A DNA stretch of 64,000 bases from Nemertoderma westbladi (lineage: Eukaryota > Animalia > Xenacoelomorpha). The stretch's first letter is position 1; each line of letters starts with the position of its first letter. Shown piece by piece: positions 23,206-37,944 of the stretch. The position numbers were made by a program, and so were the translations under genes. The stretch covers positions 19,101-83,100 of the forward strand of contig JAUCBJ010002580.1 in NCBI GenBank assembly GCA_032718475.1, read 5' to 3'. Under the pieces are notes generated by a model that was not told the origin of the DNA, searched no databases, and saw only the letters and a list, made by a program, of their open reading frames with translations.

Positions 23206-25110
23206 ACAGAGCGCGACTAGCTTATTTTAGTAGCTAGCGCCCAGTATTGTTTTTGGTCAGAAATAACCAAAACCTAGTACAATGGCGATAGACCAAAATT
23301 GTTTTATTTGTAACACACACACACATGTCATAAAACATATATACTCCCCTTCGAGACCTGCTAGCTACTAGCTTACTTTAGGTTACTTTCAATAGGATTT
23401 ATTCTGCAGTTCTACCATTCATATTTGTAATTTTAGGAGATATTTAGTATTTAGTTTTACGGCAAGTATTTTAGATGGCATGCACCCCTTTTGAGTGCTT
23501 TGCCCCTGTCAGCGGTATTGTTACTTTAGGTACTACCCCCTTTTGACTGCTACCGCTTGTTAGTAGTATTGTTACGCAAGTCTGTTAATCCACTAGCTCG
23601 TATATAAACCATATAAATCACACCGCGGCAAGTTTACGGTGATTAGGTCCGTTAGCGATAGTTGGGATTCGCTGCGCGGGGATTGTTTTCCCATGAGTTT
23701 GGTCTGTTACCGTAGACTGTACATCTGCCTCACCTGTTAGAGGCCGGGTATCCTGTTTTGTCTAGTTCGCCCGGGCATTTGACTCGCCCACGAATTAGAA
23801 TAGACACCAGGCTCCGTTCCTCGCCAGTAGTAGTTTTCCCGTATTTAGTATCTGTTTATTTACTGATGTAGACACCCTGGACTGGGATTTATTGTCAGAT
23901 ACTGTACGAGCCCGTATACACTACTAGATCTTACAGTAAGGTACATCGTTACTAGGATCCGGTAGGCGGTATACTACTGGACTTTTCAGTAGGAGATATC
24001 TACAATTTAAAAATTAGTAAAGTTAGTAATTTGTAGAACGTCCCCTGCCAGTAGGCCTTTAGGGTAGCTAGTACTTTCGTATTTAATATTTGACTAGCTA
24101 ATAGTTAGTTTGTAATTATTTGTTTCACACCGTGTGTGTGCGGTGTTACTTTTCGGTACTTGAAAAGGTACACAGGGTTAAAAGACCAAGTTTTATCGGT
24201 ACCTAGGAAGATTTTTCGTAGAGTTGAAGAAAAACTCTCACCTTCGAATTTTCAGGACTCAAGGACTCATTTCTGGACCGCTTTGAGGGATTAGACCGCT
24301 TTTTGCAAAGTTTGGGAGACACAAAATTCGTCCGTGACGCCGAAACACGGAACGACCCATGTCCGGTTTGTATTTGGGAATTTGCACGACTGGAAGATCA
24401 AAGGAGCGTAAGTTTTACAACTTGTGTCATTCAAACTTGAGAGCACAGTAGTACTCAAAATTTGCGGGTTCCACTGTCTAATTAGTAGTGTTTTTGGTAC
24501 TTATTTCCCTTTAGACGGTGCTGTTTTCCCTATTATTTGTACTTGTTGATCTACATTTTGGTAACGTACACCGTTATATCACTTATTCGTACAAATTTAG
24601 CCGGTAGGCTAGATCATTATATTTTATTATATACCCTTTTGATTTTATTTGTACCAGTTAGGGTATATATATAGTATATATATATACCAAGGTAAGTTTG
24701 ACATTTCGACATTTTGACATTTCGACATTCTGATACTTGACATTTTATCACCCGTACTTGACGTATATAATAGACATGAGTGATACACCACATTCGACTT
24801 GATACCCACCTACTGACTATGACTCGTGCGACCCGGACAGATCGAAAGTAGACGAGCCGAGAAGGAGAACCCGAGATTCCACCGATGTCACACTGCGTGC
24901 GTCGCCGGTACCCCAAACGGAAATACTGGAAGCCGCAATGCGTGGCGACGGCAGAATCGAAGATTTCCTTACCGTCCCGCAGATCAGATTGCGGGAACCG
25001 GACATGGTAAGTTCGACTGGAAGCCAGGATAACATTATTAGGAGTATAGGAGGACACATGGCCCAGATTACTCGGAAGGTTTTCGCGTTTTACGCAAGTT
25101 AACTGCCCCG

Positions 25111-28100
25111 ATGTCGAGATACGAGTTCTACACCTTACAGGTAAGGATAGAAAGTAGGGTACATGTTTTCGTAGATAAACTTAAAGGTTTATATGAACTT
25201 GCAGAGTTGCGTGGCGACAGCTTTACTCAGGTAAAGATAATAGATAAGTTGGTAAGTGCGAGGGAAAGCCTCATCCAGTCAGTAAGTCATTCAGATCAGT
25301 AAGTGATGCAGATCAGTAAGTCAGTAATAAGATTGGCTCAACAGGATCAGTTCGACCAACTGCTAGGTGAGTCAGTTTCGGACGCGTTGTTGCAACCCGA
25401 AGAGGAAGAAAAACTATATCGCTTGGACGGGAGGTTGGAGACGCTGGCCAATTTTCTTCGTAGAAACGGCGTACCGATTGAAGAACCGGAAGTCGAACCG
25501 CAAGGGACGACGGAAGTTCTAACTGCGGAAGGCTCGCGAGCCTACCAAATTCCACAACTGGATAGATTGTTTGTTAGTGAGCAGAGCGACGTTGGCGACG
25601 TTAGTAGGACAGCATCTGTAATTACTCGACAACAACAGGAAGTTGCACGCCGACAACAAGTCACCGAGGAAGAAGCGCAATGGCAGATGGCACAGATTGC
25701 TATCGAGGGAGAGAAACAACGCAGAGAAGATGAAGCAAGAATTGCGAAACTCCAGGCTCAAGCCGAATTCAAAGCCTCGGAAATGCAGAGACTGGAGGAG
25801 GACTTGGCACAAGAAGCGGCCGCAGCGGCAGCAGCACAACAGGCAGAAGCAGATGAGTTAGAACGGAAGAAAGCGGCATCTGACACTCGTGCTCAGTTGG
25901 AAGCACAGCAAATAAAATCAAGTTTAGCCATTCAGGAAGCAGAATTAGCGGCACAACAACAGGAGGCAGACCGACGCGAGAGAGAGATGCAGTTCCAGTT
26001 CGAACTAAATCGCAGATTGCGCGAGGCGGCGAATGCGCAAGAGGACCTCAAACTCGACGCGAGAGATAGATCTATAAGATCTTGAGCTGGACATGACTTG
26101 TCTGCCCTGGATCGCATGGAGGCTCGATATTACGGGATTCAGAAGCGAATTGAGGAAGGAAGTGTGGGAGCGATAGATCGAGGAGAAGAGTTCGTCGAGG
26201 ATTACAGTAAACGTTTTCCACAAGTGATTCCTATGCTCAAACCTACAACTCCGATAAAACCGGTCTTTATTACGAAACCTAAAGAAATATTATCTGTGAG
26301 CTTGACACAAGGTAACAGGTTTGTTGTGACAGAAATACCGCAACCTAGGGCAACTTCATCGCCGATTTTAGCAGGTAAAGTAAATAGTCCACCTACAGTA
26401 AGTCATAGTCTACTTGTAGGAAGAGAGGAACCTGCGTTTATGACAATTAAACAGGTAAGTAAGCCGTTAGCAGTTAAACCTGTGACATGCTGTGCAAACC
26501 CAGTCATTTATAGACCGACTACGAAACCCGACTATGTTATTCAACCTTTGACACAATGTTCAACGAGACCTATGACTTTGTGGAAGGCTTGCGAGCCTAC
26601 CGAACAACGGAGGAGGACGGATATGGGTAGTACCCCAGGATCGAACAAAGTTTAACGAGACCTATGACTTTGTGGAAGGCTTGCTAGCCTACCGAACGAC
26701 GGAGAACCGTAAATTCTAGACCTCAACAAATGCGACAAAAGGTAATACGCCGTACATAAACCCTTCAACCACCTTATCCGGACGATAGAGATTCATCCAG
26801 CGATACGGAGTCGACGGAATGGGAAATATTCCGTACTGGAGCGGCGGCTGATTACAAAAGAGAAGAGATATCGACGAACCAATACATCGACAATCCTCCA
26901 TGAGAAACACCCTTGCAGAAACCCATGTTGCAACCAACGGAAGCGATTAGCGCCAAACAGTTCACTGAGATGGTGGACCGACTAGCTCAACTAGAAGAGC
27001 GACTCGAAGCGCAACCGTCCGATCGATCACGAACCAGCGTGGAGTTGGAACAACCTAGACAACATCTACCACCAAGGAGAGAACAGGAGACTAGACAGAC
27101 TCCGAACCATCGAGAAGAAGATCACATTAATATTTCTTACCGACGAACAATGCGCGGAAGGGAACGACTGGACGACACAACCGAACAGGGACGCGGACAG
27201 TTGGATTTGGTTAGCAAGATTGCAAAGTTTGCGGCTAGACACGGATTACCGGCACAACAACCACCGAGGTTCTCTGGCAACGTGAAGCACTGGCGTACAC
27301 TGGTAGACTACGTAGAGTCCCAGATCACTAAGTGTGCTTTTACCTCAACGGAGAAGTTTAATTACTTGCTCCGAGTCCTGTCTGGTGAGCCGAAACGATT
27401 AGCGGAAACCTTTATCGGTGTTCCAGATGCCTTTGAGTTGGCGTACGACCGTTTGTATTCGATTTACGGCGGTAACGTGGCCATGGCTAAATCCATTATA
27501 GAAGACCTCTACAGAGGAGGCAATATTTCGAAACCGATCAACCTTTTACGACTCGCGGACGAAATAAAGAACGCTATAGGGACTTTACGGTCCATTGGAC
27601 AACTCGAATACACTAACGCACCGAGAGTTCTCATTAGGATAATCGGTCGACTTCATCATCAATTATGACGAGAATGGCGATGCATCGAGTATCAGCGTGA
27701 AGAGGCCGGCGGGCTACTAAAACTCACCAACGTCTACCAACTGATTTCGTGGGAGGCTGTAGTGGAGACAGGATCCAACTATACTGATCACCATATAGCG
27801 GCAGAATGAATAGCCATTTCTGCGCCGACTCGGACCAAACAATTTCCGACAAATGCGAAAGCCATTACCTATGCTACCCCGACCGAAACTTCTAAAGTTC
27901 TATGCCTATCGGCACCAAGCAGCCACAACAACAGTTGCCGGTGGACTTTGTGGGATGCTCATATTGCGAGTGGAATGGCAGAAACCACAGCAGACATAAA
28001 CTACGTGGATGTCGCGCTTTTAAGGAGTTAGGAGTTGAAGAGAGGATACTTCAAATTCGATCTTTGGACTCTTGTTGGAGATGTACTAAGCCTGGACACG

Positions 28101-31100
28101 TCCAGAAGGATTGCCCGAGCGACGATACATGTCGTCTATGTGGACGTAACCATGACGCGTTACTTCACACAAACAGTCATACTCCGACCAAATGCTTTCG
28201 ACGAGAGCATCCAGATAAAGCAGCTATATGCGACGCACTTTACAAGGAGCATGCACAGCGCAAGATTCGTACCTTCTATATGGATTGTATGGATCAATCG
28301 GGATCATCGGACGAGGATAAGGAGGAAGACGACACCTTTTACGTGCATGCGGGGGAGGAACAACCCTCGATAACACTCCTCACACAGAACCAATTGAAAG
28401 GGTTTAGCGTGATTCCTATAAAAATTACCAGAACCCGAGGGAGCAAGCGTATATACGCTATCTTAGACTCTGCGTCATCGCATAGTTACATCGACAAACA
28501 AGTAGCCAACGTAGTTACAGACATGAGTAAAGGTAAGACTGCTCAGTATACTGTAAGCAGCATGTATGGTAAGAGAGCGATCCCTGTGACGAGAGTAAAA
28601 TTAAACTTAGACACTCTTCTTTCCAAAGCAGAACACAGCAAGGAGGAGTGCTCATTACTTCCGGTAAGAAATTTGACCTTTGCAGCTACAAAGGATTTTA
28701 GTAACTTGCTTGGCCCTGTGCCAGAGCAATCACCGGAAGATTGTAAGATTTCTGACACCTTGGAAAACCGGAATGTCCTGTTAACTATCGTTCAATCGCA
28801 ATGTTGATTGGGACAGACCAGTTTAACTTACATCAGGTATGGGAGACACGCCCATCTGTTATTACAGCGGGCAACCCCTAAGCATGTAGAACTCCCATAG
28901 GTTGGTATACTAGAGCACCAGTGCGTTCACTAGAGGTAGGTGACCAGGAGGACGGCGTTTTGAGTACGTGTAGTTTATTGACTACCACAATAGATAATTC
29001 TCATTCGCACTCCTGTGGTCCAATTGTACAGACTGCACTACGACAGACTTGCGTCGCTGACGCTGACGTATCCAATACTGACGTAACTGATATGGACACG
29101 ACCACATGGACCTCTGACTTACAACTACTTGCTAAACTAAACTAAACCAGGTTGTATTGACTACCGAAGACCAAAGGGTTGTTGCTGTGGATGACTCGAT
29201 GAATGAGGGTTTTGGAAGGCTTGCGAGCCTACCGAAAAATCCAAAGGTCATTGACCCCACCCACCAGGCTTCGACACCAGTCGTTGATCTTGGAAGGCTT
29301 GCGAGCCTACCGACAGATCAGAAGGTTGTCAAACCGCCACATGACGATTCGACGCCGACTAGTGACACCGGAAGGCTTGCGAGCCTACCAGACACATTGA
29401 CACTAGCCATCGCAGCAAACGAAGACGTGGATGAGGACCATGGTGCAATGCAAGCAGCGCTTGACCGACTGCTGACTGACTATTAACAGACCATTAAATG
29501 GTTAGAACAGGACTCAGCAGAACCCGGTAGTTATGAGACCGCTATGTCAGAACAGGAAAAACGGTCATTAAATATTATAAGAGATACCATTCGCCAGACC
29601 ACGAATGGCCACTATAAAGTAGGCATGTGTGGCGCAATGGACAATCTAAGCTCGTTAACAACTACCCGCTTGCTTTGAGGCGACTCAAATCAATAAGGCA
29701 GCGATTGTTGGGTGATGAGATGGCCCATATGCAATACAATGCGTAACTTCAGACGTATCTCCAAAAGGGATACGCCATTAGGATGTTAAATCCCGAGGTA
29801 ACCACAGATCAGACATATTACCTGCCACATCATTTTGTTCGACACCCGGACAAACCTGGCAAGGTGCGTGTACTCAACGACTGCGCTGCACTTTACCAAG
29901 GGATGTCTATGAACAGCGAACTGATGGACGAGCCGAATATGAATAATTACCTCATGGGAGTCCTAATGCGTTTTAGACAACGCAAAGTGGCTTTCACCTG
30001 TGATCTAGAGGCTATGTTTCACCAGGTTAAGGCTTTGGAGTGGGACAGGGACAGTTTAAGGTTTCTTTGGTATCCGGAGGGAAATTTAGAACTTCCGCCA
30101 GAAACTTACCAAATGCAGGTAAGAGTTTTCGGAGCCAGGGACAGCCCCAACTGCACCATGTACGCCTTAAAGCAGACAGCATTAGACAGACAAGACCAAT
30201 TTGACCAAGAAGTAGTTTGGACAGTGGAAAGAGACATCTACGTGGATGACGGCCTCAAGAGTTGTGACACTCTGGAAAGCTCTACAACCGTAGCACACCA
30301 ACTCCAGGATTGTCTCGATGATGGCGGATTCCACCTTATGAAGTTCACTTCCAACAAACCCGAACTAGTGAACTCATTCGACCTGACGGATCGCAGTGGA
30401 GGTGATTTGGACTTTGACCTAGAACCTCTACCTACGACCAAAGTATTAGGACTTAGTTGGGACCCGAACACCGACAATTTTAGGGTACGTGTAAGGTCCA
30501 ACGACCAGACTAGACCTATCACTAAGAGGACTTGCTTATCGACCATGAGTTTATTGTATGACCCATTGTGTTTCATTAGTCCAGTGATCCTACATGCTAG
30601 GATCATACTCCGCAGCATTTGGCAAGCCGGACTGGAATGGGATGATCCCATCCCAGAAGAGTTAGCTGAGCAATGGAGGGACTGGGAAGCCCAACTGACG
30701 TTCCTACAATACTATACCATACCAAGGGAATACTTTCCTTTGCAGACCACCTTTCCTGCCGATTTAGAGCTTCACAGCGTCAGTGACGCTAGTAAGGATC
30801 GATTGGGGGTTAATTTGTACCTTAGACGACAAGTGACATCGGACAGCTACAAAGTGTCTCTCGTTACTTCAAGGGCTAGAACAATGCCGGTGAAGTATAT
30901 GACTGTACCTCGTGGAGAGCTGCAAGCTGGGACGGTATCCACCGATATTGTCAGTCTAGTTCAACGCGAGCTGGAGGCTAACTTGAAGGTAGCACATTGG
31001 ACGAATGCGACGATGGTACTTTGGTACATAAACAACGAAACATTCAAGTTCAAGACTTTCGTAGCCAACAGACGGGCTGAAATATTGGACCGGTCGCTCA

Positions 31101-33563
31101 AACAACATTGGCGTCACTGTCCAGGGAAGCTGAACCCAGCTGACATCATGTCACGGGGGATGCTACCGATCGACTTTTGTAAACCGGACAATAACTCCTT
31201 TTGGTTTAGAGGACCCGTTTTTCTACAACGACCATCAGACAAATGGCCACCGTTATTCGACGCGACAACCAATACCATACCAGAGAGTGCCGAGATAAAA
31301 ATTGACACAGTTGTCAAATCTAAAGCGAAAGCCAACGCCAAGGTCAAGAGGAAACAAGGACGGACTAAATCTGATGACCTGGATGCTAGACCTGACATTA
31401 CGCCAGATGTCTCACCAGACTTTCGACCAGACGTTTCACCAGACGTTTTGCCGGATTGTTCACCAGATGACTCGCCAGATTATTTACCAGAAGCGACACC
31501 AGATTGTTCTCCGGATTATTCGCCAGATTGTTTTATATAACTCTCGACAGATTGTCTACCGGACGTTTCACCAGACTTTCCACCAGACATCTTGACAGAC
31601 TGTCCACCAGACTTTAGACCAGACTTTCTGACCGAAGCTACGCCAGACTTTCTTTGGGAACGACGACAGGACATTTCGCCGGAAGTTCCGCGCTATGTCT
31701 CACCAGACGTCTCACTAGACTGTTCACCGGACGCCTCACCAGACTGTCTACTAGACTTTCCATTGGAAAGAAACAACGTGTATTTTAAGGACGCGATGAA
31801 TTCATTGGAGCAGACTAGTACACGCACACCCATTAGGTATTAACAACTTACCGAATTTGACTTCTTTGGATGACAAAGGTGTGGCCACAGCAATCATACT
31901 CTGCTCAAGGAAAATACTTGACTTACCACCTACAGGTAAACGTGTGACTAAGGTTAGGAAGCTTATAAGCTCACAGGAACACACTAGCACTGTAGAGTTG
32001 AAACCGTTACTGCCAGTCAATTCATTAGGTGCGGACGGTAGAGGTAAGACCGTGAAGATTGACATACTTGAGGACTCAGACAAACCTATTGTACAAAGGG
32101 AGACACCTACCAGAAGGCCCGTGGGCCTATCAAGTCCAAACAAGTATCCACATTACGACTATACCTCACCTGATGACGTCACTAACACTTACGTTGACAG
32201 GATAGTAAACCTAACTAGATCATGGACTGACGTGTGCCGCAAGTTAGCATGGCTCAAACGTTTGAGACAATATGCCAGAGGCAAACGCGACTTTCCTAGA
32301 AGACTTACTTTAGAGGAAGTTGGTCTTTGTGAAGTTGATATTATTCAACATTATCATTTGCAATATTTCGCACGAGAGTTCACAGCGATCAATCAGGGTA
32401 AACAGATCAAGTCTTCACCGATTTTGAGTTGGAGTCCGATTATTTACAGGGGCTTACTTTGTCACAAGTCCAGACTCCAAAACATTGAATTTGCACTTGA
32501 CTTCAGGTATCCTATCATCATACCGCAACACCATGAGTTACAGCGCGCTATATATATAATACTGGACACACATGTACGACCTAAACACGTAGGTAGACAT
32601 CATTGTTTATCACACTTACGATCGAGGTTTGTACTGATTAGGCCTAGCAAGGCACTGGGTTCGGTAACACGGAACTGTATAATTTGTAAGAAGGTGCACG
32701 CAAGGATAGGACACCAAGAAATGAGTGAACTACCACTAGCGAGATTACAGGCTTTTAGACCCCCTTTCACTGAGACAGGGATAGACTGTTTTGGACCCAT
32801 AATCGCAAAGCGCAGAAGGGTACAGGTAAAACGTTGGGGATTGATCTTCACTTGCATGGCCAGCAGAGCTGTCCATATTGAGCGTGTGACAGACTTGATC
32901 ACCAACGCCTTTATCCTAGCCTTACGGTGATTTATCGCTAGACGTGGATTGGTCAAATCCATTTATTACGACCAAGGGACTAACTATGTGGGTGCATGGA
33001 ATGAAATTACCTGAGCTTTAAGGAAGTTGGACCAAGACCAGATTTCCGAGGAACTACGTCCTCACCATATTGTTTGGAACTTTAACACTCCTGACAGTCC
33101 GTGGAGAGGCGGCGTTTGGGAAAGGCTGATTGGTTCAATCAAGACGGCTATGGCAAAAGTAATACCGATGCAACACCTACTAACAGACGACCAACTGACG
33201 ATGTTGTTAATATAAATCGAAGCGGTTTTGAATACTCGACCAATCGCTTTGATCCCAGACAATAACGACTCACAGTTTGCCTTGACACCAGCGCACCTGC
33301 TTATGCAGGCGCCGACGACATTGTTGCCCACTTCAGTACCTGTCGATAGCGACGGATACGGCAACAAAGCTTGGAAAATCACTCAGTTGCTAGCCAACAA
33401 ATTCTGGGAAATATGGCAGAAGCACTATTTGCCCTCTATTTCGACCAGAACCTCTTGGTATCTTAATACCCGATGTTTAAGACGCGGTGACCATGTTTTA
33501 TTGGCTAAAAAGGACGTACCTATCAACGGACGTACCGTAGATAGGCCTGTACAACATCTCGTT
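25111..33563 (+). pseudogene. BEL 2 gag-pol polyprotein with many stops and frameshifts
   Basis: Coiled-coil gag; PRFSGN..W / KFNYL..LSGEPK (DUF1759-like); Cys/His knuckles CWRCTKPGHVQKDC and CRLCGRNHDALLH; protease ILDSAS; RT YYLPHH/DLEAMFHQV/FGARDSP/YVDD; RNase H SDAS/NPADIMSRG; integrase GIDCFGP/DQGTNY/WERLIG. The C-terminus resumes at 39136 (MLLEE). Confidence 0.92.
31390..31760 (+). repeat. 12-bp coding tandem repeat (PDxS-type) in the RNase H-integrase linker of BEL 2
   Basis: About 30 units of CCAGAYnnnTCA giving PDIT PDVS PDFR PDVS PDVL PDCS. Confidence 0.85.
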
Positions 33564-34113
33564 GTCACCTTCAAGGCAGAACCCCCTAAGTCGATTTTTG
33601 TAGTTCTGAGATAATCGATAAAAACTGTTTATTTTTTAGAGAGATGCCTCAGTTTACTTGTTATTGTGTTTTTTGAAAAATAAATATATATAGAATTCAT
33701 ATAACTAAACTTTTTATTTAATTTAGAATCACCTTTGAAATATATTGCGATTTTATTGTAAAAATTCGGACTTATGGTGTTTTGCCAAAACAAAGGGGAA
33801 CACCGTTAGCTGGTATTATCCCGTAACTATACGATAGTTGCGGGGTATTGCCTAGAAAACAAGGCATCCTCAATTAGGCAAAACACCATAAGAACGAATT
33901 TTTACAAAAAACACGCAAAATATATCAAATTATAGCATAGCCAAGGCGTATCGTGCGTCCTTAATTATTTAGTGCGTAGTGCGCACGTAATACATGTGTG
34001 CATTTGTTATTAGCTAATACGTGCTATCTAACATGTTAACTAGCACATGAGCAGGTGTTAGTATTACCTGTGAACGCAATAATAACAAATAAGCTCATAC
34101 AATACAGCTGACA

Positions 34114-36174
34114 ATGCTGTAAAGGATGCTTATACAGTAGAAGTTCGAAACCGCTTTGAAGCACTTCAGTCAATGGATGAAGACCAATCCACCAATTCAA
34201 TATACCAGAATATAATAACAGCCCACAAGGAATCAGCTAAGAGGCATATCATCCAGAAACCCAAACGAAAACAATATGTGCCATGGCAAAACTCTGAGGT
34301 TACTTGTAAGAGAGAAGATCTTAAGATAGCCTACAAAGTTAAAACCGAACAACCAACAACCGAAAACATTAACAAGGTTGAGAAAGCTAAGGACGATCTT
34401 AAATTGGCCTACAACATCAGCCAGGAAAAGTATATACAGGATAAAACTGAAGCAATTACAACTGCTCACATACAGCAACAATCAAGACTTACCTGGCAGA
34501 CTGTAAATGAGGTATCTGGTCGGAAAAGTTGTGCAAAGGGGCGCCTAAAAGCCGATAGTCCTGAAGAACGTGTTGGAAAGTGGAAAAATCACTTCAGCAA
34601 CTTGCTTGGGAAGCCACCAAACATCGAGGTCAGCCCTACAAGGAAAATATATGACAAGACACTACCTATAGAAACAGGGGACTTCACACCTGCCGAACTC
34701 CAAAGAAGCATTAAAAGCATGTCCAATAATAAAGCGAGTGGATTAGATGAAATCCCAGCGGAGGTATGGAAAACCGGAGTGCTAAACAGACCATTATTGA
34801 ATGTTTGCAACCGGATGTTAAAAGGGGAAAAGCCACCACCAATTTGGACTAAAGGTCAACTAAAGCCTCTCCCCAAGAAAGGAGACCTCGGCATATCAAC
34901 GAACTATCTGGGATCTGTCTGCTTGTGGTAGCTGCCAAAATATGCAATAAAATAATTCTAAATAGGATTAGGCCTCACAAAGAGAAACTACTGCGTAAGA
35001 GCCAAAACGGATTTCGACCAAGTAGATAAACAATAGCTCAGATACTTGCATTACGGAGACTGATTGAAGGAATTAATTCAAAGAATCTCCCCGCTGTCAT
35101 GACTTTTGTGGACTTCAAGAAGGCATTCGACTCCATCCATAGAGGTAAAATGCTTGAAATCCTAAGAGCTTATGGAATACCAGAAGTAATTGTTGCTGGC
35201 ATTGGATTGTTATATTGTGACACAGAAGCGCAGGTACTCTCACCAGATGGTGAAACTGAGTTTTTCTCAATCCTGGCTGGCGTACTGCAAGGTGACACAT
35301 TAGCATCATTACTATTTGTAATTGTGCAATGAGGACGGCCACAAAGGGTGAAGACCTGGGATTCACACTTCAAGAACGCAGAAGTAGTATATATCCGGCA
35401 ACTACAGTCACAGACACCGACTTTGCGGATGACATCGCCCTGCTCTCTAATACCCTAGCAGATGCACAGCTTCTACTAAATAAAAAGGAGAGGGCTGCTA
35501 AGGAGGTTGGATTGCATATAAATGCTACAAAGACCGAATTCATGACCTTTAATGTTGATGGAAACTTGACAACCATTGATAATAATCAACTAAGGAAGGT
35601 CGATGACTTCCAGTACCTTGGATCATGGATAGAGAGTAGCAAAAAGGACATAGAAGTTAGGAAAGCAAAGGCTTGGGTAGTTCTATCAAAAATGGATACC
35701 ATCTGGAAATCGGATGTCTCCAGGCACCTGAAGACTAAGTTCTTTCGAGCCACAGTGGAAAGTGTATTTTTATATGGGGGTGAGACCTGGACACTGACTA
35801 AATCACTTGAACAACGAATTGATGGTTGCTACACAAGACTACTAAGGGCAGCCCTAAACATCAGCTGGAGACAACACATGACAAACGCCGAGCTTTATGG
35901 TACAATACCACCTGTATCAACCACCCTCCGGAACGCAGATTAAGATTCAGTGGGCACTGCTGGCGAAGTAAAGACGAGGTCATACCAGATCTACTTTTCT
36001 GGCAACCAACTCATGGAAAGCGTAGTCGTGGACGACCTGCCATAACATATATAGATCAACTTGAAAGGGATACTGAACTTAAGAGAAACGAAATTGCGAC
36101 AACTATGGGGAATCGGGAAGCCTGGAAGGATCTCATTTCCACTGTCCGAGTTCGCTCGACCTAGTAGTAGTAGT
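34114..36174 (+). mobile_element. 5'-truncated RTE-group-like LINE with (TAG)n tail and 12-bp TSD
   Basis: RT motifs KASGLD, PKKGDL, VDFKKAFDSI, GVLQGDTL, DFADD, YLGS and RLRFSGHC. Tail at 36162-36174. TSD ATACAGCTGACA (34102) / ATACAGCTAACA (36175). Confidence 0.9.
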
Positions 36175-36719
36175 ATACAGCTAACACACTTGTGCACATG
36201 TTGGAAATTTTTGAATTTCAAAATTATAAAGTGCTCCATAAGTTTGTGATATTTTGGTATTAATTGCTTCTAAAATAAGTACGGGACTGTATTTAGAATC
36301 ATTTATCAATACAAATTGAACAAAATGTAGCCAAATGCAGAACTATAAGAACAAAATTTAGATTCAAGAAAGCGGAACTCTAAGTAGAAAATATAGCCAT
36401 GGGTGGTACTCTACAGTAAGAACAAAGTCTAGCTACAGGGATACAGCTACGTTAAAGTTAAAGTAAAGTTCACTTACAGTACGTCATGACGTATAATTAA
36501 AGACCTGTTTTTTCTACAGTACGTGGCAACATTTTGAGCAACTCTATCAGCAACTTGGTGAGCATGTCAGGTTGCCGATCAAGTTGCTCTATGTAAACGC
36601 GAAGTTTGTTGCTGTAAAAGATGCCTCATATAACGGAGACTAATAGTTAATGTTACTCAAATTAAGTTGCTTGTTGCTGACCAAGTTATCCAAAACGTCC
36701 GGAACCCCATAGCAACTTG

Positions 36720-37440
36720 GACACAAACATTAAATGATGGACAGATATTTATCAGCGCCACAAACATTAATGTGGGACAAACATTAATCAGAGGGACAAA
36801 CATTAATCAGGGGGACAAACATTAATGTGGGACATAAAGATTGATGAGGGACATAAACATTAATGAGGGACACAAACATTAATGAGGGACACAAACATTA
36901 ATGAGGGACACAAACATTTATGAGGGGCACAAACATTAATGAGGTACACAAACATTAATGAGGGACACAAACATTAATGAGGGACACAAACATTAATGAG
37001 GGACACAAACATTTATGAGGGGCACAAACATTAATGAGGTACACAAACATTAATGAGGGACACAAACATTTATGAGGGACACAAACATTTATGAGGGGCA
37101 CAAACATTAATGAGGGACACAAACATTAATAAGGGACACAAACATTAATAAGGTACACTAACATTAATAAGGTACACAAACATTAATGAGGTACACTAAC
37201 ATTAATGAGGGACACAAACATTAATGAGGGACACAAACATTAATAAGGGACACAAACATTAATGAGGTACACTAACATTAATAAGGTACACAAACATTAA
37301 TTAGGTACACTAACATTATTGAGGGACACAAAGATTTATGAGGGACACAAACATTAATGAGGGACACAAACATTAGTGAGGGACACAAACATTAAACGAG
37401 GGACATATATCAATCAAGGGCACAAACATTAATCATGGGC
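36720..37440 (+). repeat. 19-bp minisatellite (GGGACACAAACATTAATGA)n, left arm
   Basis: More than 30 tandem units. Confidence 0.93.
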
Positions 37441-37944
37441 ACCATCATTCCATTCCATTCATGTTACCCCCCATGGCACTTAGTATGATTCCTGTTACCA
37501 CCCATACACATACAATATATTACAGTATTACAATTCTAATTACTGTCAAGCAATAAAATAACAACAATAAATAATAACATATTAATCTGACCAAGCCAAT
37601 AATCTATGTTATTACCAATTGAAGGAAAGGATCAGGTTACAGAGATGGTTTTTCAAACCAAAACAATAAACGATGTTGTTACTAATAAGGGAAGGAGTAA
37701 AAAAATGATGAACATGAAGGGGAGACTGGAATGGGGGGGGGGGGGGGGGGTAACATGAATAGTGGGGGTAGGAAGTAAATTGAAAATATGGGGGTATAAC
37801 AGCCGGGGGGGGGGGGGGGGGGTGGGGGCGTAGCAGCAAAACCATAGTATTTTTTCAGTATATCAGTTTATCACTTATTATTTGATCGTCTGATGGCAAG
37901 CATCACCATCGCTCATATTAATATTCATTGGCAAGCATTAACCC

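Noticed and set aside
23195-23222. Helitron 3' end (hairpin + CTAG)
   Set aside because: The HINE boundary is fixed at 23205 by the other copies, so CTAG belongs to the BEL leader; it is also not followed by T.
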